From NCBI RefSeq assembly GCF_009914755.1, contig NC_060932.1: 64,000 bases of DNA; one strand, given 5' to 3'. Made by a program: the position numbers and the translations under genes. Origin of the DNA: the human T2T-CHM13v2.0 reference genome, Homo sapiens. Every line of letters begins with the position of its first letter. The first letter of the stretch is position 1. This document shows, one piece after another, positions 59,315 through 64,000 of this stretch. Below the pieces are notes generated by a model, which worked only from the letters and a program-made list of their open reading frames with translations, did not search any database and was not told the origin of the DNA.

Positions 59315-60603
59315 AGAACTCAAGGCTTTTATAGAGACCCGAATTTCTGGTGAGCATGGACTTCTTAAGATCTCATTGCAAATTTTCATAGCCAAATTGT
59401 CATGTACTGTTAAGGCCTGATAATCTTAGGAATTCTTGGCCTGAGGATTTAATCTACTTGTTCTTGTCAAATCTATAAGTAACTGAACAACATTTCTGAT
59501 ATCAATTTCAGCTAAAGGAGAAGATGCAGGAGCATTGGCCAGTGTTTGCAGGCTTGGAAGAGAAACTTCTTTAAAGTATTCCTGATTAGTCCTGTTTGCA
59601 TAAGCAAACATGGGGGAGAGCATGCCTAGGCAATGTCAAAGTCGAACATCCTCTTCAGTCACAGGATTCTACCATAACAAAATAAGATGGGAAAAAGTCT
59701 GCTGCTGACCAAAAGCCCAGAGAACATCAGCTTGGCTAGTCCTCCTGTGGCTCCTGTCCTAAGTGTAGATACCTCACTACCTAAGAAATCAGAAAGGAGT
59801 TTCAGAACATTCTTCGCTGTAAGGGCCTTTTCAACTTTTTATGACTGTTGCTCATAAATCACTGTTTATCTCTGTACCTTCATATTAAAAGGCTTTGATT
59901 TTTTAGGTTTAAGTGGTTCAACCTCAAACATTATCAGTTAGTCAAAGATTCACTTTAAAGTACTTATTTTTATTGTGACATCATCAATTTGCAAAACCTG
60001 CAATAATAACACAAAGTGTTATGTGCAAAATTCTGATTCTGTAGTCTGCAGCTCCCAAGCATAAAACAGCCAGGCTTCTTACTATAGGGTAAACATTTAT
60101 TATTTTAGGAAGAATAAAAATTCTATGATCCCATTCATGGCTGCACTTATGCCTGTTGAAATGGACATCTGCTTCAACAGTTCACAGCATAAGATAAGAC
60201 ATTCTGTAATGTTTCTGCGTCATTCTTCTCTACATGGACTTCTTTGATTTCAAGTTGCTCTGTCTCTTGCAAAAGGTTTCTTTTGACATCTTCTAATACT
60301 CTTATTTCTTCTTTTAATTTTGATGCCGAGTTAAAATCCTGTAAGGTAATGTAATTTTCTAAAGCTTCTTTGGCTTCAATACGCTTAACTTTTATTTCAG
60401 CCATCTTGAGTCCTTCCTTTCTTGCATCAGCTGGGTCATTATTAACACCAACAGTAACAATGTATGCCCCAATCTCTGAGATAAATTCTGTTCTCTTATT
60501 ATCATCTACAATAATGTGGGGCAGCCTTTCAATAAGAAAAGGAACCAGGGATATTGGGGTTTTGGGTAGAGTAGGAATCTCCTGTCAAATAGCCAGCATT
60601 TTT

Positions 60604-60834
60604 GTGTGTGTGTGTCTGGGTTACCAGACATCCCTTTTATCAATAAGAAAGGTTGGATTTTCATGGTTGGTGGATAGGCTGCCGCAAATCTGCCCTTTCC
60701 TACATCTTCAGTGTGGAAGAAGCGGGAAAACACAGTCTTCTCCACTCTCCCACTATCCGTCTCAGTGCCTCTCTGGACACTTCATACATCTTGATGGGTT
60801 AAGGCATGACTATGCTACAGAAAGAGGAATGAGT
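60604..60834 (-). other. ~230-bp non-L1, non-NCAPG segment inside the L1 TSD (3' transduction)
   Basis: NCAPG homology resumes exactly at the TSD copies. The segment ends in a (CA)n/A tail about 20 nt after GATAAA. Confidence 0.75.
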
Positions 60835-63504
<2,670 letters not shown>

Positions 63505-63550
63505 TCATTCATAGCCAAAGACTTAATAATTACAATCAACTGTCAATCAA

Positions 63551-63845
63551 AAAAAAATCTCATGACTTTTAGGTTCTTTTCAAAGAAATGGGTAATAAAT
63601 CTGGGGTGAGTTCATTGTCTCCCAAAGTTCTCACTGTTCAGTAAAGTTGCATAGCAGAACACAAACTAGGATTCTCAAAAGCATTAATGAGATCTCAGCT
63701 TGCTTTTCTTTCCTTTCTTTAAAACTTTATTTTTAATCAACAATGGTGGTTATCAACTGGCTTTTCAAGTTATTCTATCAATATCTATTATTCTAGGAAT
63801 TTAAAGCATGCAAATACGTCATTTACAATGTTTTCTTTTGAAGGC
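63551..63845. repeat. ~300-bp direct repeat, copy B (5' flank of NCAPG retrocopy)
   Basis: Same start and end motifs as copy A; abuts the NCAPG 5' truncation point. Confidence 0.93.
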
Positions 63846-64000
63846 TGGCATTTGTTTTCAAAGAAACGACATCTTGGGAAACAGCCACTCCACAGGTATT
63901 ACACAAACAAAAGTGATGCCAGCAAAAATGAAAGAAAGAAAAAAGGGTATTTTCTTTGTTGGGTTGCCAGCATGGCCCTAGGATAAAGCAGACTTGCAAA

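Noticed and set aside
58001-60404. NCAPG-like ORFs as a functional retrogene
   Set aside because: 5'-truncated, frameshifted and split by two L1 insertions.

Overview
Human-type (primate) genomic DNA with no prokaryotic features. The window lies inside SNTB1 (beta-1 syntrophin, - strand). It contains one canonical coding exon (208 nt, 55094..54887, AG/GT bounded); almost everything else is intron rich in Alu, L1, L2, MIR, MaLR/ERV LTRs and DNA-transposon fossils. The most unusual region is 57.6-63.85 kb. There a 5'-truncated NCAPG processed pseudogene is bracketed by a ~300-bp direct repeat (~87% identical by hand alignment, a candidate giant target-site duplication). It is interrupted by two separate L1PA insertions, each with a 16-bp TSD that encloses extra non-L1 DNA downstream of the L1 tail (two 3' transductions). 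Also notable: a CpG-retaining, frame-preserving 132-nt candidate cassette exon (40189..40058); an ERV1 RNA that appears to have been retrocopied by L1 (PPT+U3+R+polyA, no U5); a twin-primed L1MA; and a short L1PA with an 18-bp palindromic junction. I found no evidence of a wholly new gene system. Repeat subfamily names come from recalled consensus sequences, and most repeat boundaries are approximate (+/-10-30 bp).
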